Notes under the pieces: model-generated
What the model was told of the DNA's origin: nothing
Database searches by the model: none
The model's input: the letters and a program-made list of their open reading frames with translations, nothing else
Assembly: GCA_951804945.1 (NCBI GenBank)
Contig: OX638151.1
Coordinates: forward strand, 47,120,001 to 47,184,000
DNA length: 64,000 nt
Source of the DNA: Podarcis cretensis
Taxonomy: Eukaryota
Direction: 5' to 3'
Translations under genes and position numbers: made by a program
In this document: one piece after another, positions 26,076-38,760 of the stretch
Layout of the letters: every line of letters starts with the position of its first letter
How positions within the stretch are numbered: the first letter of the stretch is position 1

Positions 26076-26941
26076 GTCATCCAAGGCCAGATTCATAATT
26101 TGTTTGCTCCAGACAAACCACAAGCTATAAGCCATAGAACAAACCATAATTACAGGTCGTGGTTTGTGTGGAGTGAAGCAAACTACGAGCTCAGATTCAG
26201 ATGAAGTCTCTGCCAATCCATGGCTTAGCTCAGAGCAGCACTGCAGCAGCAGGGCCAGAGAAGGAATGAAGCAGCTACAGCCTCCTCTCTGGGAACTCAA
26301 ACACTCATACATTCATGCTAAGTCATCGTTTGGTTTAGCATTACATTCAAACCAGGTCACTGCAGTATGGCTAATAACATTATAGAGTGATTTGTTTATG
26401 CACACATTACTTGGAACATTAGGGTTATCACTACTGCAGATCATTCCACCTGACCTGGCCACCTTCACTAGTGCTACAGTAAAGTAGTTGGAGAATGCCA
26501 TTTTAAAAGTGCAAAAGTTGATTTAAATTAAAAGTACATGATGAAATACAAATCTTCCGAGAATCTGGGTTGATGTGTTGCCTGCTTTCCTGGAAGAAAC
26601 AATGTGGCTTTCATAAATGACATGGAATGGAAAACGGCCCAACATATTGAAACAATAGGGAGTCTTTCAAAATATATTACAGTACTATAAATTTCACTGG
26701 CACTCATTTATAATCCACATGATTACGTACAGGCTTAAATTCAAACTCTAATCATGTACGAGCAGAAAATTTGCCATCTATTTTTATAACACTTCAAAGG
26801 AAAATACTGCAGTGTATCATATATATTCTACTCAGCTGCATCTACTAGTTTCAAAACTGTCATGTTTGAGCACGTAACTCAAAACTTGCATATTGTCATG
26901 AGTGCCATGGTGGTGTCGTGGAGGGGGGAGTGAGACCCTAA

Positions 26942-27088
26942 CAGTGGCATAGCATGGGGGGTGCAGGGGGGGCCGGCCGCACCGGGCGCAACATCTGGGG
27001 GTTAGGGTTAGGGGGCGCAAATCCATGGGTTAGGGGGCGCAAATTACTTGCCTTGCCCTGGGTGCTGACAACCCACGCTACGCCACTG
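26942..27088. mobile_element. hAT-type (Tip100-like) MITE
   Basis: TIR cagtggcatagc/gctacgccactg; TSD gaccctaa/taccctaa. Confidence 0.88.
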
Positions 27089-27196
27089 TACCCTAAGAAG
27101 GTGTAGGAGGATCTTGGAGAGTTAAAAGGGTACCAGTGGTATGTGGGTAATGGATTCCAAACCCCAATAAATGCTGGATCCTGGAGAGGGTCCCAG

Positions 27197-27416
27197 CATA
27201 GCTGTCAACCTTCCCTTTTTTTGCGGGAAATTCCCTTATTTCAGCACCGTTTCCTGCTGCTATCCCAGATTGTAAGATATCCCGTAGACTGTCTCCGGGA
27301 CAGGTGAGGCTGCTGATCCCTTCTTTTCAAATCCGAAAGTTGACAGCTATGCTGCTGATCCCTTATTTTTGAGGCTGCTGATCCCTTATTTTCAAAACTG
27401 AAAGTTGACACCTATG
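27197..27416. mobile_element. hAT-type MITE with a duplicated right end
   Basis: TIR catagctgtcaac/gttgacacctatg; perfect TSD ggtcccag; extra internal TIR at 27339-27351. Confidence 0.85.
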
Positions 27417-27779
27417 GGTCCCAGTGGGTTAGCGGGTGGAAATCTGCCTTCCAAAGATGACTTACGCAAACTCTCAGAAGGGCCTCCCATTAACTCCCTC
27501 CCAGAGATGCCTCCCTTAGCTTCTTCAGCCAAGGACCTGCCTGTTAAACAGGAGTCTCCCTGTTCACGGGATGCAGCTGGGAGTAAATCCAATGCTGATC
27601 TGGCTTGCATCTCACCTCTGTCACCTAGGACACAGAGATGCCAGCACCAGCATGCAAAAACCTTACCTAGCCAGCCCACTAGAAGGAGAGCACATTTGCA
27701 GTCAACCTCTGGACTCCAGCAACATGGTGCACTAAATGCTGTGCCTGCCCCATGCTTCAGAAGGAAAGCATAGAGAATA

Positions 27780-28002
27780 CAGTGGTACCTCGGGTTACAT
27801 ACACTTCAGGTTACAGACGCTTCAGGTTACAGACTCCGCTAACCCAGAAATAGTACCTCGGGTTAAGAACTTTGCTTCAGGATGAGAACAGAAATTGTGC
27901 TCCGGCGGCGTGGCAGCTAAAGTGGTGCTTCAAGTTAAGAGCAATTTCAGGTTAAGAACAGACCTCCGGAACGAATTAAGTACTTAACCCAAGGTACCAC
28001 TG
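27780..28002. mobile_element. Same MITE family, opposite orientation to 15757
   Basis: Same TIRs and TA TSD; interior is the reverse complement of 15757-15998. Confidence 0.92.
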
Positions 28003-28633
28003 TATGTCACTTGTTGGTTCAACATCTTAGCTCGTGGCTAGTCATGCCTTTTGAGCTCTCATGGAACTGCTGATCCTTGCAACCTGTGGTTTGACTTATG
28101 TACCGTTCTTTCTTGGTCCCCCAACCAGTGTTTGAAACTCCCATTTTTCTAGGCACATTTTGCGACAGGGAATTTCATTAGTGCAAGCGGTTTCTGAGCT
28201 TTGGGTGCAGTACTGCGCCTAAGATTTAAGATTAAAACTGCGGACTGGAAGGAAAGGAGGCCCTTTTTCTGCCTCCCTGCCTCCAGCTAGTCTCTGAAGA
28301 CTGGAGAAGAGACCCTCCTAAAATATTAGGGGAGTGGGCAGGAGAAGGACTGGACCATGTGAAAAACAAACATAGTATTTTAGCCGCAGTTCTTTCATTT
28401 TCACCTTTGTATTCTTGTTATAAAAAAGCAGGCCTAAGCATTCCATTGTTGCGCCCATAACCTAGGTTTAAGGTGCCATTTAGCTCCTAGCTTTCATATC
28501 TCAGTATCTAATACTGCCCCCAACCCTGGCTCAGTCAAAGATAAGACAGCATAACTTGCTCATCCTGGCTCAGCGTTCCAGGGGATATTCTAAGGGCAGG
28601 ACCAGAGCAGGAAGATTAGGCTAGATCCTAAGC

Positions 28634-28769
28634 CAGGCACAGGTAAACTCCGGCCCTCCAGATGTTTGGGACTACATTTCCCATCATCCTTAGCTAACAG
28701 GACCAGTGGTCAGGGATGATGGGAATTGTAGTCCCAATCATCTGGAGGGCCGGAGTTTGCCTATGCCTG
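28634..28769. mobile_element. Palindromic hAT-type MITE
   Basis: ~55-bp inverted arms; TSD tcctaagc/tcctaagt. Confidence 0.9.
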
Positions 28770-30764
28770 TCCTAAGTCCATTCAGTGTGATCACGTAACC
28801 TGACAACCTGATGCAGGACAATACTGAAAGGCTCGTTTTCCTTTGTTAAGCTTAGGTAGAGAAGCAGCTGAACAGGCTTTGGATCTGTTGTACCTTTATG
28901 CCAGCCTAATTTACACTGGCTTGCTTCTTGCACACAGGATTGCTCACCAAGTGATCAATGCTAGTAATAAGTGTGTGTGTTTAATTTAATTATACCCACA
29001 CCAGGAAACTGATTGGTGACTGTTTTCCAATTGGTGTACATACATTTGTTACATATTACCATATATGCAGATTTTAAGCTTTATGCTGTGTGGATCGTTT
29101 TCTGTGCAGAAAAAGCACTGTGTGTGAGAAAGGTCTGAGATTAATGATGTGATAAAAGTAATTTTACACTGAATCAGAAATTGACAGCTAACACACCAAC
29201 TACTACTGTATCACAGTAATTTGTTTTTAACAACAAAAACACCCTCCCTTACTTAAAAAAAAACCAAATCCTTAGCAGTTCTTGTTATATAAAGAAGGAA
29301 ATGACAGCAAGCCTGAGATAATAAGACCTACATATTACTTACTGCAGTTATTAAAAATATATTTAATTTTGCTGATGGTTTTTCCCAAATTGCATGTTTA
29401 GAAATAACCAGCAAGTCAGTAAAACGAGAGGAGCTGCTTCATGTCCTTGCAGTCTGGAAGTGTCTGGGGAAATGTTGACAAACTAATTCTAAACACTAAC
29501 AGGCAACACAGATTGAACCTTTGACCTAGTTGCCAAAGCATTTTGAGAAATGCAGCAATTTACTTACATCAAGTGTTACTGCTGTTGCTAGCTCAATTAT
29601 CAGGCCATGGAAATATAAGAGCATCTTTTAGTAGCTCATTTATGGCATTTTAAAATCATATGTATCTTAACCAAGATTGAGAACATTCTTCTGCACAAGC
29701 TAGTTTGGCTTCCAAACCTATATTAAAATCTTCAATAGATTTTGACTCTAAATATATACTTCACTGTTAACATTTTCTCCTTGAATAGTCTCTATTGGTT
29801 CAAAATATTTTGACAGGTTTAATAGAACTTTGTAACATTGCACAATATTGTATTTCGGTTTACTTGGATCTGTCATGTACTTATAGAATCTGAAGAAACA
29901 TTGTGTTTTTGTGTAAGGTTTTTTGCATTAAAAAAATATACCTGTTTCAAGTTGTTCCATGCAGCTACAATTTCTCTTTTCTCTAATCAGATCTCATAGC
30001 GCTATACTCCCGACACAATAATGTTCCATCCCATTTTCTTTTCTGCCAGGTCTATTAAGCCTTCACACTCGCTATCAGTCATTTGCCCTATCTCTAACAT
30101 AGCTTCCTTCAATAGTGAGTAAGATAATGTGGCAGATTCAACAAGCCTCAGGGCATAAAGTCCCTTGGCTTTCCATCTCCTGGGACCTCTTCTGATTCAG
30201 CTTTAGTGTTCATTTCCTTAACTGCCCACACAACTCCTTTTGTCCCTAGGGCCTGTGTGAGGGTTCACCCCAGGCAAATAGACCTTACACTTCTCTCTCA
30301 GATGCCTGCTTGTTTTCAGATAGTCCATTGTTCATGAATTCAGCTTCCTGTTAGAATTTTCATTAACATTTCATGAAACCACAGCAGTTTGGCTGCTCAC
30401 TTCTATAAGCTTCATCATCACCACACCACACCACACCACACCACCGCATCATTACTACTTTGAAATGTAGACTACAGGCATGCAGCCAAATATTTTAACT
30501 TTCAGCCTTCCTTTGCTTTGCAGCTCCTGGCTGTGTGCACATCTCCATTTTGGCAATTCTATCTCCCAGTTTTCCTTTCAGAATCTGCTTTCTGGACTTC
30601 TCCTGCATTCCATTAAATAAATCTAAGGAATACTGGAGGGTATGTAGCAAATATACAAACCACTTTCCAAATATACAGTAGATGTAGGGGGAAATAACCA
30701 TTCTGGAGGATGCCCAGAAGGACTGGGGAACTACCATTTTAAGAAATTGTCCAATAGCACCTTA

Positions 30765-31104
30765 AAAGGTAAAGGGACCCCTGACCATTAGGTCCAGTCG
30801 TGACCGACTCTGGGCTTGCGGCGCTCATCTCGCTTTATTGGCCAAGGGAGCCAGCATACAGCTTCCAGGTCATGTGGCTAGCATGACTAAGCCGCTTCTG
30901 GTGAACCACAGCAGCGCACGGAAACACCGTTTACCTTCCTGCTGGAGCGGTACCTATTTATCTACTTGCACTTTGACGTGCTTTCGAACTGCTAGGTTGG
31001 CAGGAGCTGGGACCGAGCAACGGGAGCTCATCCCGTCGCAGGTATTCGAACCGCCGACCTTCTGATTGGCAAGTCCTAGGCTCTGTGGTTTAACCCACAG
31101 TGCC
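30765..31104 (-). mobile_element. Sauria-type SINE inserted in the left arm of a Penelope-like remnant
   Basis: Reverse complement of the same consensus; short duplication cctta on both sides. Confidence 0.92.
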
Positions 31105-31127
31105 TTAGAGACCAGCTAAGTAGTTCT

Positions 31128-31170
31128 GGGTATACGCTTTCATGTGCATGCACACTTCCTCAGAAGCACT
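31128..31170 (-). ncRNA. Degenerate minimal hammerhead ribozyme motif, second inverted copy
   Basis: Minus strand reads gtgctt-CTGAGGA-a-gtgtgcatgcacat-GAAA-gc-GT-atac. Core boxes are intact, but the U before the cleavage base and helix I are altered. Confidence 0.55.
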
Positions 31171-31291
31171 GAAACAGAAGTCACCAGACCCTTATATATA
31201 GTGGGAGGGTGGGGTGGGGTATTTCTCAGAATATATATATAAGGGTATATATATCAGAACTATATATGTGTCTGGTGACTTCTGTTTCAGT

Positions 31292-31330
31292 GTATCTGAA
31301 GAAGTGTGCATGCACAAGATAGCTTATACC
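31292..31330 (+). ncRNA. Degenerate minimal hammerhead ribozyme motif (PLE type)
   Basis: gtat-CTGAAGA-a-gtgtgcatgcacaa-GATA-gc-TT-atac: helix I gtat/atac, palindromic helix II, and the GAAA box mutated to GATA. Confidence 0.6.
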
Positions 31331-31681
31331 CCGAACTATATAGTTGGTCTCTAAGGTGCTATTGGACAATTTTTTAATTTTTTAAATTTATTTCGACTGC
31401 GTCAGACCTACCTGAATTTAGTACCATTTTAATGTGAAGCTTAAAAATCCTGTTCATGAGCACAGCAGTCTCTCATACTGCACTGTATCTTGGCCCACGG
31501 ATATTTTAATAATTTTGAAAGAGACATGTCATTCAGTATTTTCTGCTACCTTCTCTAATTCACAATAGATTTTGAATAATGGTGTACACAGATGTAGAGT
31601 TGGTCCACAGGTGCGCTTCTAATTGCAGAGAGAGCTGCAGGCACTGTCACTCCTCCCACGATCACCTCCAACATTGGCATG

Positions 31682-31755
31682 TAAAAGTAAAGGGACCCTT
31701 GACCATTAGGTCCAGTCACGGACAACTCTGGGGTTGCGGCGCTCATCTCGCTTTT
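31682..31755 (-). mobile_element. Sauria SINE 3'-terminal fragment
   Basis: Matches the last ~75 nt of the SINE consensus, including the tail. Confidence 0.85.
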
Positions 31756-31782
31756 TAACTTGTTCATAAATGATATAGAGTT

Positions 31783-32128
31783 AAAGGTAAGGTAAATGGA
31801 CCCCTGACCATTAGGTCCAGTCGTGACCAACTCTGGAGTTGCGGCGCTCATCTCGCTTTATTGGCCGAGGGAGCCGGCGTACAGCTTCCGGGTCATGTGG
31901 CCAGCATGACTAAGCCGCTTCTGGCGAACCAGAGCAGCGCACGGAAATGCCGTTTACCTTCCCGCCAGAGCGGTACCTATTTATCTACTTGCACTTTGAC
32001 GTGCTTTCGAACTGCTAGGTTGGGAGGAGCTGGACCAAGCAACGGAAGCTCACCCCATTGCGGGGATTTGAACTGCCGACCTTCTGAGCGGCAAGCCCTA
32101 GGCTCTGTGGTTTAACCCACAGCGCCAC
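31783..32128 (-). mobile_element. Sauria-type SINE, near full length
   Basis: On the minus strand runs from head tggcgctgtgggttaaaccacagagcctagggcttg to tail taccttaccttt. Confidence 0.92.
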
Positions 32129-33010
32129 TCACTGTTAAGGTCATTGGCATGAACTACTAACAAATAAGGATTTGTTTGGGTAAAACCGGCAAAATTTTCA
32201 CTTTAAGAATAAAGTCATGGACCTCAGAACAGCTAATTAAAAACGTACCCTATAATAATGTTGGACTATAATTTGTTAAGCATAACCTAAAACTTCATAA
32301 GGTATTTAAAACAGTAATCTAAGCATATGTTATAGTTTAGGAAATTAATCCGCAGCTTCAGGTAGCCATTAATCTTAAAAATCAAGATTGTCTGGTGACT
32401 GGATATATATTGAATTTAAAACACATAATTCAAGGTGTGGGGGTGAGGGACTTAACCAAAATGATACATCATTTTTTAAAAAATTTATTTTTATTTTTTT
32501 ATTTTTTGCATAATAAAACTGCAGCTTCTCAAATAATTACAATGCATTTTCTTTGTGAATTCAAGGACCACTGACAGGCAGCCATAAATAACACATAATT
32601 GGTTTAGCAAATATATATATAAATAAATAAATAATGAAATAAGGATTATATAACAATGCAGTCAAATCAGCTGTGCAGCACTGTACACAGAAGTTTGATT
32701 ACCCAAATCCAAGCTGAATAAAGGACACTTATGAAAGCTGGATTTTATTTTCTATACTTTCAGAATTGTTGATATTTCCAGCTACATTAAGATATATCAT
32801 GAGAATGTTACACTCCAGGAACATCAAACAGGTTATATTAATAACAAAAGTCATAAAATTAACTGCTACTAAGGAACTTTGAGGAAGCCACTTATTTGCT
32901 CTTAGAAATGCCACATCTAGGTGTTTTATTTTACTCAGGAATATGGTTAGTTGGCAGCATCTGGGAAGCTTTAATTATATTCATCGATTTGCATAAGTTA
33001 TCTTCTAGAG

Positions 33011-33185
33011 CAGTGGTTTCCGTGGATCCCAGGGGGTCTGCATAACTCACACAGGAGGTCTGTGGCACCATTCATGTAACAAAAATGACTGTACAAATAT
33101 CAACATTTCCAAAAGTAGGGGGTCAATAGCTTGACTTTTAAAAAAACAGGGAGTTTGCAGTACTTAAGCTAATTGGGAACCACTG
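33011..33185. mobile_element. hAT-type MITE
   Basis: TIR cagtggtt/aaccactg; TSD ttctagag/ttccagaa. Confidence 0.7.
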
Positions 33186-33539
33186 TTCCAGAAAAGATTG
33201 CTAAGTGTCTTCAAACACCACCAAATTCAGTTACACTTCCTGGATATATTGAAACTGAAACTGATCAGCATTTTATGATGTCCCCACCACAGACAAGGAA
33301 CGAACCAGAGCATGGCGAATTAAAATTTCAATTGTCTCCACAAAATCTCTAAGATGCTGAGAAACCCTTGTTTTATCTCTGTGTGCAAGGGCTGTAACTC
33401 TGTTCTTACATTTGGGACTGTGTATTTCACTTATGAAAGTTGTGATATATTTTGGTTTGGGTTTTTTAAAACAAATATTTCAATATCCATATACTTGAAA
33501 CATTGTAGTTATGTGTTTAGTACAGTAGGCAAAATTATT

Positions 33540-34090
33540 ATTCTTGTTGAATTTATATACCGCCCTTCTTCAAAAGATTACAGGGCAATAAACTACATAA
33601 AAACACAAAATGCATAGCATAATAATAATAATACAAAAAAATACTTCCTTCCCCAGACGGGCACAGTCACGTTTAAAAGGCCTTAGACTGTTTAATTAGC
33701 CAAAGGCCCAGTTGAAGAGGAATGATTTTGCCTGGCACCTAAAGATATGTAACAAAGGTACCAGGCGAGCCTCCCTGGGGAGAGCATTCCACAAATGGGG
33801 AGCCATCACAGAAAAGGCCCATTCCCATGCTGCCACCCTCAGGCCTCTCATGGAGGACGGCCTCAGATGATGATCTCTGAGTTCTTGTAGGTTCATATGG
33901 GGAGAGGTGGTCCTTGAGATATTGTGGTCCTGAGCTGTTTAAGGATTTAAAACACAGCACTTTGAATTGAACCTGTAAACTGATTGGCCAGGATTGGTGT
34001 TATATGCTCTGTCTTGTCCCAGCTGAGGACCCAAGCCAGCTGAAGTTTACAAACCATCTTCAGTGGCAGTCCCATGTAAAATGCACAATT
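33540..34090 (-). mobile_element. Degraded L2/CR1-group LINE 3' fragment
   Basis: AFSVMAPHLWNALP...FRCQAKSFLF and HITPIL motifs across frameshifts. Confidence 0.8.
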
Positions 34091-34828
34091 GACTAACCAT
34101 ATCTTACTGGTTTCTGGGAAGGTCATGCAAAGCCTATCCTTACCGTCCCAGAGCTCAGTAAGCAAGGTGGAGGGCTTAAAAATTCTTTTTGTAACAGGAA
34201 AGCCTGGTGCAGAAAGAGCATTTTGTTTCCTGAGCTCTGGGAAGGTCTCACGAGATCTTGTGGGACCTTCACAAGATCTGTCCACACAAGGTACTGGGTA
34301 CAACCAAAAGAAATTCAAGCCCAATGTGGGCTGGTTACACATCTTATTTAAATAAGAAAAAATGTGCCTTCAAAGAAACACTCACTGTTATCTCATGCAG
34401 TTTTATTTATAGATTAGGTACAGCCAGAAGCAAAGCAGCTGGTAAGAATGGATTGTCTGCAGGCCGAGTGGCAAAAATTCCATAGATTTCCATGAAGCTC
34501 TGTGCTTATTCTACTCTAGTATACCACTTATGTTCATTTCCCTGGAACAAATACAGCGCGCGCACACACCGCACGATATTTCATCAGTTCATCGTGACTC
34601 CCCCAATCCAAATTACAAATGGTAGTGCAAGTAGAACTAGCATCACTTTTCAGAAATTTCCCAGTTGAAGGTCTTCAGATCACATGGGGTCTGAAAAGGA
34701 GGGTCAGATAGCAGGGGGGCAAAGTAACCATGAACCACCTTAGATTCCTCTGGTCTGGTTACACCTGTACTCTCTATACAACAATGCAGCACCAATTCTT
34801 CCCCCAACATCTTGCTGAACATACTATA

Positions 34829-35060
34829 CAGTGGTACCTCGGTTTTTGAACATCTTAGTTCATGAACAACTTGGAAATCAAACACCGCAAACCTGGAAGT
34901 AGGTGTTCCGGATTGTGAACTTTTTTCAGAATCCAAACTATTCCGTTTTTAGTGTTACGCTTCCTTTTTCAGTGCAACACTTCTGTTTTGAGTGCCCCTG
35001 CTCCTGCTTGCACGGGAGTAGAAGCTGGATCAGGGCAGCTCAGCTGGGGAGCGCCTCTGC
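34829..35060. mobile_element. Tigger-like element, one end only
   Basis: ta|cagtggtacctcggtt TIR with a different interior; right boundary approximate. Confidence 0.6.
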
Positions 35061-38000
35061 TTCCCAAATGAGAGATCCCCACCCCACTCCTGCTTGCATA
35101 CAAAATACAAAACTACATGTTAATCAGTTGTGGGTGTAACCGCTATGCAATGAAAATGCTGTAAGTGGTCTGGTTATAAAAATCAAACAGCACCTCCTTG
35201 GCTTAAACCCCATATCAAAAACACTTTGCAGTGATGGATATTTTGTCCAACAATAATCTGTGTAGGAAGTCATTGTGATAATACTTGTGATAATACCAAG
35301 AGCTCAGAAGCTATCAGTTTCTCCAGTTACCAGTGGCATTCCTTATTTCTGTGATCTATAATCTCTCTTCATTAAATAGTTCTAAATGGAATGTTAATCC
35401 TATTAGGCAGCAGGAAACATCCAAACAAACACTATGGAGTTTACTAATTTACTTAAATGACACTGTCATACTAAAATCTAGTTTACGTCATGAACTAAAA
35501 CTGATGGGTTTATAAGCAACAGTCTTAAATCTATCACTAGGGTTATAATTTTGTTCTTTTTTCCCATTCCAGTTCATTAATTTGGCAAGTCCAAGCACCA
35601 ATTTTCAAACAAGAATAGAAATATTCTATTGCAGCTGTGTTCTCTTCTGGGAAAGGTACAAAGAGTTCTTCTTTGGCATGTTAAAAACTATAGTGAATGT
35701 GTAACACGAAGTGTCATTTACATCAATTAGGCAAAGTTTTTAGGTGTGCACATAGATAACCCTGCTTATAATGGGCTGGATTCCAAGATGCCATTACTGG
35801 AATTCCACTCATGGCCCCATAGACACCACTGGAACCTGCTAATGGGAGAGAGAATTCTCACCAATTCTCCCTCCCCTATGCTTCTCTACATCTGCAGTGA
35901 ATGATATCTGAAGCTATTAAAACAACTTAGTAAAAATTGAGCAAACCGTAACAATCAATTAAGGTTTACACATCTCCAACCAACCTTGAGGCACCTTACT
36001 AACAATTAAGCATCTTTACATGTTTTTTCTGTTCTTGCCTATATGTGTCTGCCATACTGATCTCTGTAGTGGAGATGGAACCATTCTCTCTACTTTTAGG
36101 TCTCTTCCCGAAAACCACTTTTTCTATAAAGACTTTCCTCAACTGCCTCACTTGTTCTACTGCAGCTAATGTTTGTAGTCATTGAAGCAGTAATACTTAC
36201 ATAGAAAGGCTCTGTACTTCTATACTGTTATTTTATTTCAAAGGCAAAGCTTCTGAACTGAGACAATGTTGTTTATGCATACAGTATTAATATGCAAATT
36301 GTTGGCATTAAGTATTTTTTCCCAAAGTAGCAATAACAATAATAAAAGGTTAGGATGTATTTACTGAAGATTTGATACTGTAGTATAAAACAAAATAGCA
36401 GTGATGAAAATTCTTTTTTTATTCAGACAAACCTTCCTGTAATTTTGCAAGAGAACATTTTATTTATCATTGTCACATTTTATTTATCATTGAAATAAAT
36501 AAATTGGTAGCTATTTGATTAGAAATGGGGGGGGGGAATCCACAGCTCTAGCTCATTCTTTCTATTATGATATCCACAAAATCACTTTGAGATTTGTTTT
36601 TTTGTTTTTAGTCTAATGCATACTGCACCTCTAATCTTAGCTGCATTGGACATATAGTATATGTTCAGATATAATGCTAAATCATATTTTGCCATTATAA
36701 AAACAAGTGGAAGCTGTGGTCGAGTATAGAAAAGGAAACCATTTAAAGTCTGACATTTGCTTTAGTTTTCAACTGTATAATAATTTAATACTCTTGCGTT
36801 CCGAAAAGGGGGGGGAGCCAAACAGAGATAATTAAAACTTAATATAAACCATAGCCTTCATATTATCAATATATAAGCAAGACAGTTTATATGAATTACG
36901 TAAGCACTGGTATGGCATCACAAATTATATACAAGTCCTCAGATCCCATAAAGATGCATTTTTCTGCATGATTTCTTCTTTGGACTGCTGCAATTGAATT
37001 ACACTCACCAACTGAGCAGAACATTCTGGAGTGTGACCCAAGAATTCAGGCTGCATCATCTACACGCCATTATCACTGCAACCTCTTGACACAAAGACAT
37101 TTAGATGCCAAACACTCACAGCATGCTTTGAAGGCAGTCACTAGACACTGCATAATACAAACTGGAGAGTGAGAATGAGGTTATATAAAGGAACAATTAG
37201 GAAAGCATGAACCAGGGAAGAGTGCTACAGGAAATAAAGTAAACTGTCATTGTTACAACATATTACTTAGTATGTGTATCAGCTAGATTTAAGGTAATGA
37301 AGCAAATTGTACATTAATATATGCTGCTTCATCCAATAGGCTTATAGTTGAAAAATAAATTTTCTTAAGCAATAACTCTACTTGTGAGTCCACAAGTAAA
37401 GATTAACATTAAGTTCTACTAAAATGCCCTTTTTATTATCATAGCTAGCTGTCAGCAACTTACTGAACCAGCAACAAGAGTCATAGTATAATAGATTCAG
37501 TTGTCTTCATGGAGGCTATAAATTTACTTTTTCTGCTTTTGTTTAATGCACATTGCAATGATATTGTTGATTAACTATATACTGCTTTTTGTCACAAAGG
37601 TCCCAAAAGCAATGATTATCATATTAATACAAAAAAATGATAAAATCACGAAATACCAACACATACAGTGAATACACAACCATGAGTAGCATTCTTGTTT
37701 TCACTAAATGCTTCTCCCCAACATTCCATCTTTCCCTTGAAAGCCAGATTAACTGCCACACATGCACAAGTCCATCCACAATCAATTGCCCGTGGGTATT
37801 GCACTTGACCTACCCAAAGGAAAAACCCAAAGGGACAGTTGCCTTTGGTGTCTCTAGCCCTTCAGGGCTACCCCGCTGGAACTGCCCCACTGGCAGCAAT
37901 CCCCCATCAACAGCTGCCTTCAAATAAACCTGTTTCTTTTTGGAAATCAGCCACAGCTGTGGCTATATCAAAATGATTTTTTTAAAATCCAAAATACTGC

Positions 38001-38617
38001 ACTACTTTAAACAATTGCATGGGCCTTCCAGGCTCATTTTGAAGCTGTCACGCTTGTTTAGTTTGCCATTACCCATGATTAGCACACTTATTGGACGCTT
38101 CTGTCAAAGGACTTCCACATAGGTCATATATTTGCGAGGAAACTGGAAGAATGAAGGAAGGGTTGGATGGCGTCTAATTAAGTTTATACTTTGCTTTTTC
38201 CAGATGCTCAAGCCAGCTCACAATTTAAGTTAAAACAACTGTCCAAACGTATACAAAGTTGTTGTTTCCATTTGGTTTATTAGCTGATGCCCTCTTTTAT
38301 TTTTAATTTTTTTAAAGGCAGATGATATTTCTCTCACTTTCAATTACTGCTGGTTCAGTAATTACAGTTTTACATGCTGGTCAAAAATTAATTAAACCAC
38401 ACAGAGCTAGCCCTACAGGGCATAAGTCTAACTGGATTGCAGTCTCTCTGTGTAGCATTTCAAATCTGGAACTAGAATTATATATAACCAAGCAGCTCCT
38501 GTGTGAGGATTCTCAAAAGGTTTCCACCTTCTTTTTTTAAGCTACAACATTTGACCACATGTAATAGAATATGATAGTTAATTTCTAAGTATGTGTGAAA
38601 CAGAACATAGGTATAGC

Positions 38618-38760
38618 CAGTGCTTTTTTCTGGGGGTACATAGGGGTACGCATACTCCTAAACATTTTGTGAAACTAACTTGCCTCATTGAGGAACAGTA
38701 TTTCAATATGAGTAGGAAATGAAAGTACCCTTAAACATTTTTTAATGAAAAAAAGCACTG
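38618..38760. mobile_element. hAT-type MITE
   Basis: TIR cagtgctttttt/aaaaaagcactg; perfect TSD ggtatagc. Confidence 0.9.

Larger units (their letters stand above)
30743..31421. mobile_element. Penelope-like element remnant: inverted terminal (pseudo-LTR) repeat, interrupted by a SINE
   Basis: Arms aattgtccaatagcacctta/gagacc...agtcaccaga and tctggtgact...ggtctctaaggtgctattggacaatt are reverse complements. Flanked by direct repeat taccattttaa (30732-30742, 31422-31432). Carries CTGANGA...GAAA motifs typical of PLE ends. Confidence 0.8.

Noticed and set aside
24960-28360. Possible LTR/DIRS remnants around the MITE cluster
   Set aside because: Composition is suggestive, but I could identify no diagnostic motif or boundary by eye.
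30838-32115. Recurrent similar short ORFs (MAEGAGVQLPGHVASMT...) suggesting a peptide family
   Set aside because: They are antisense translations of Sauria SINE copies.
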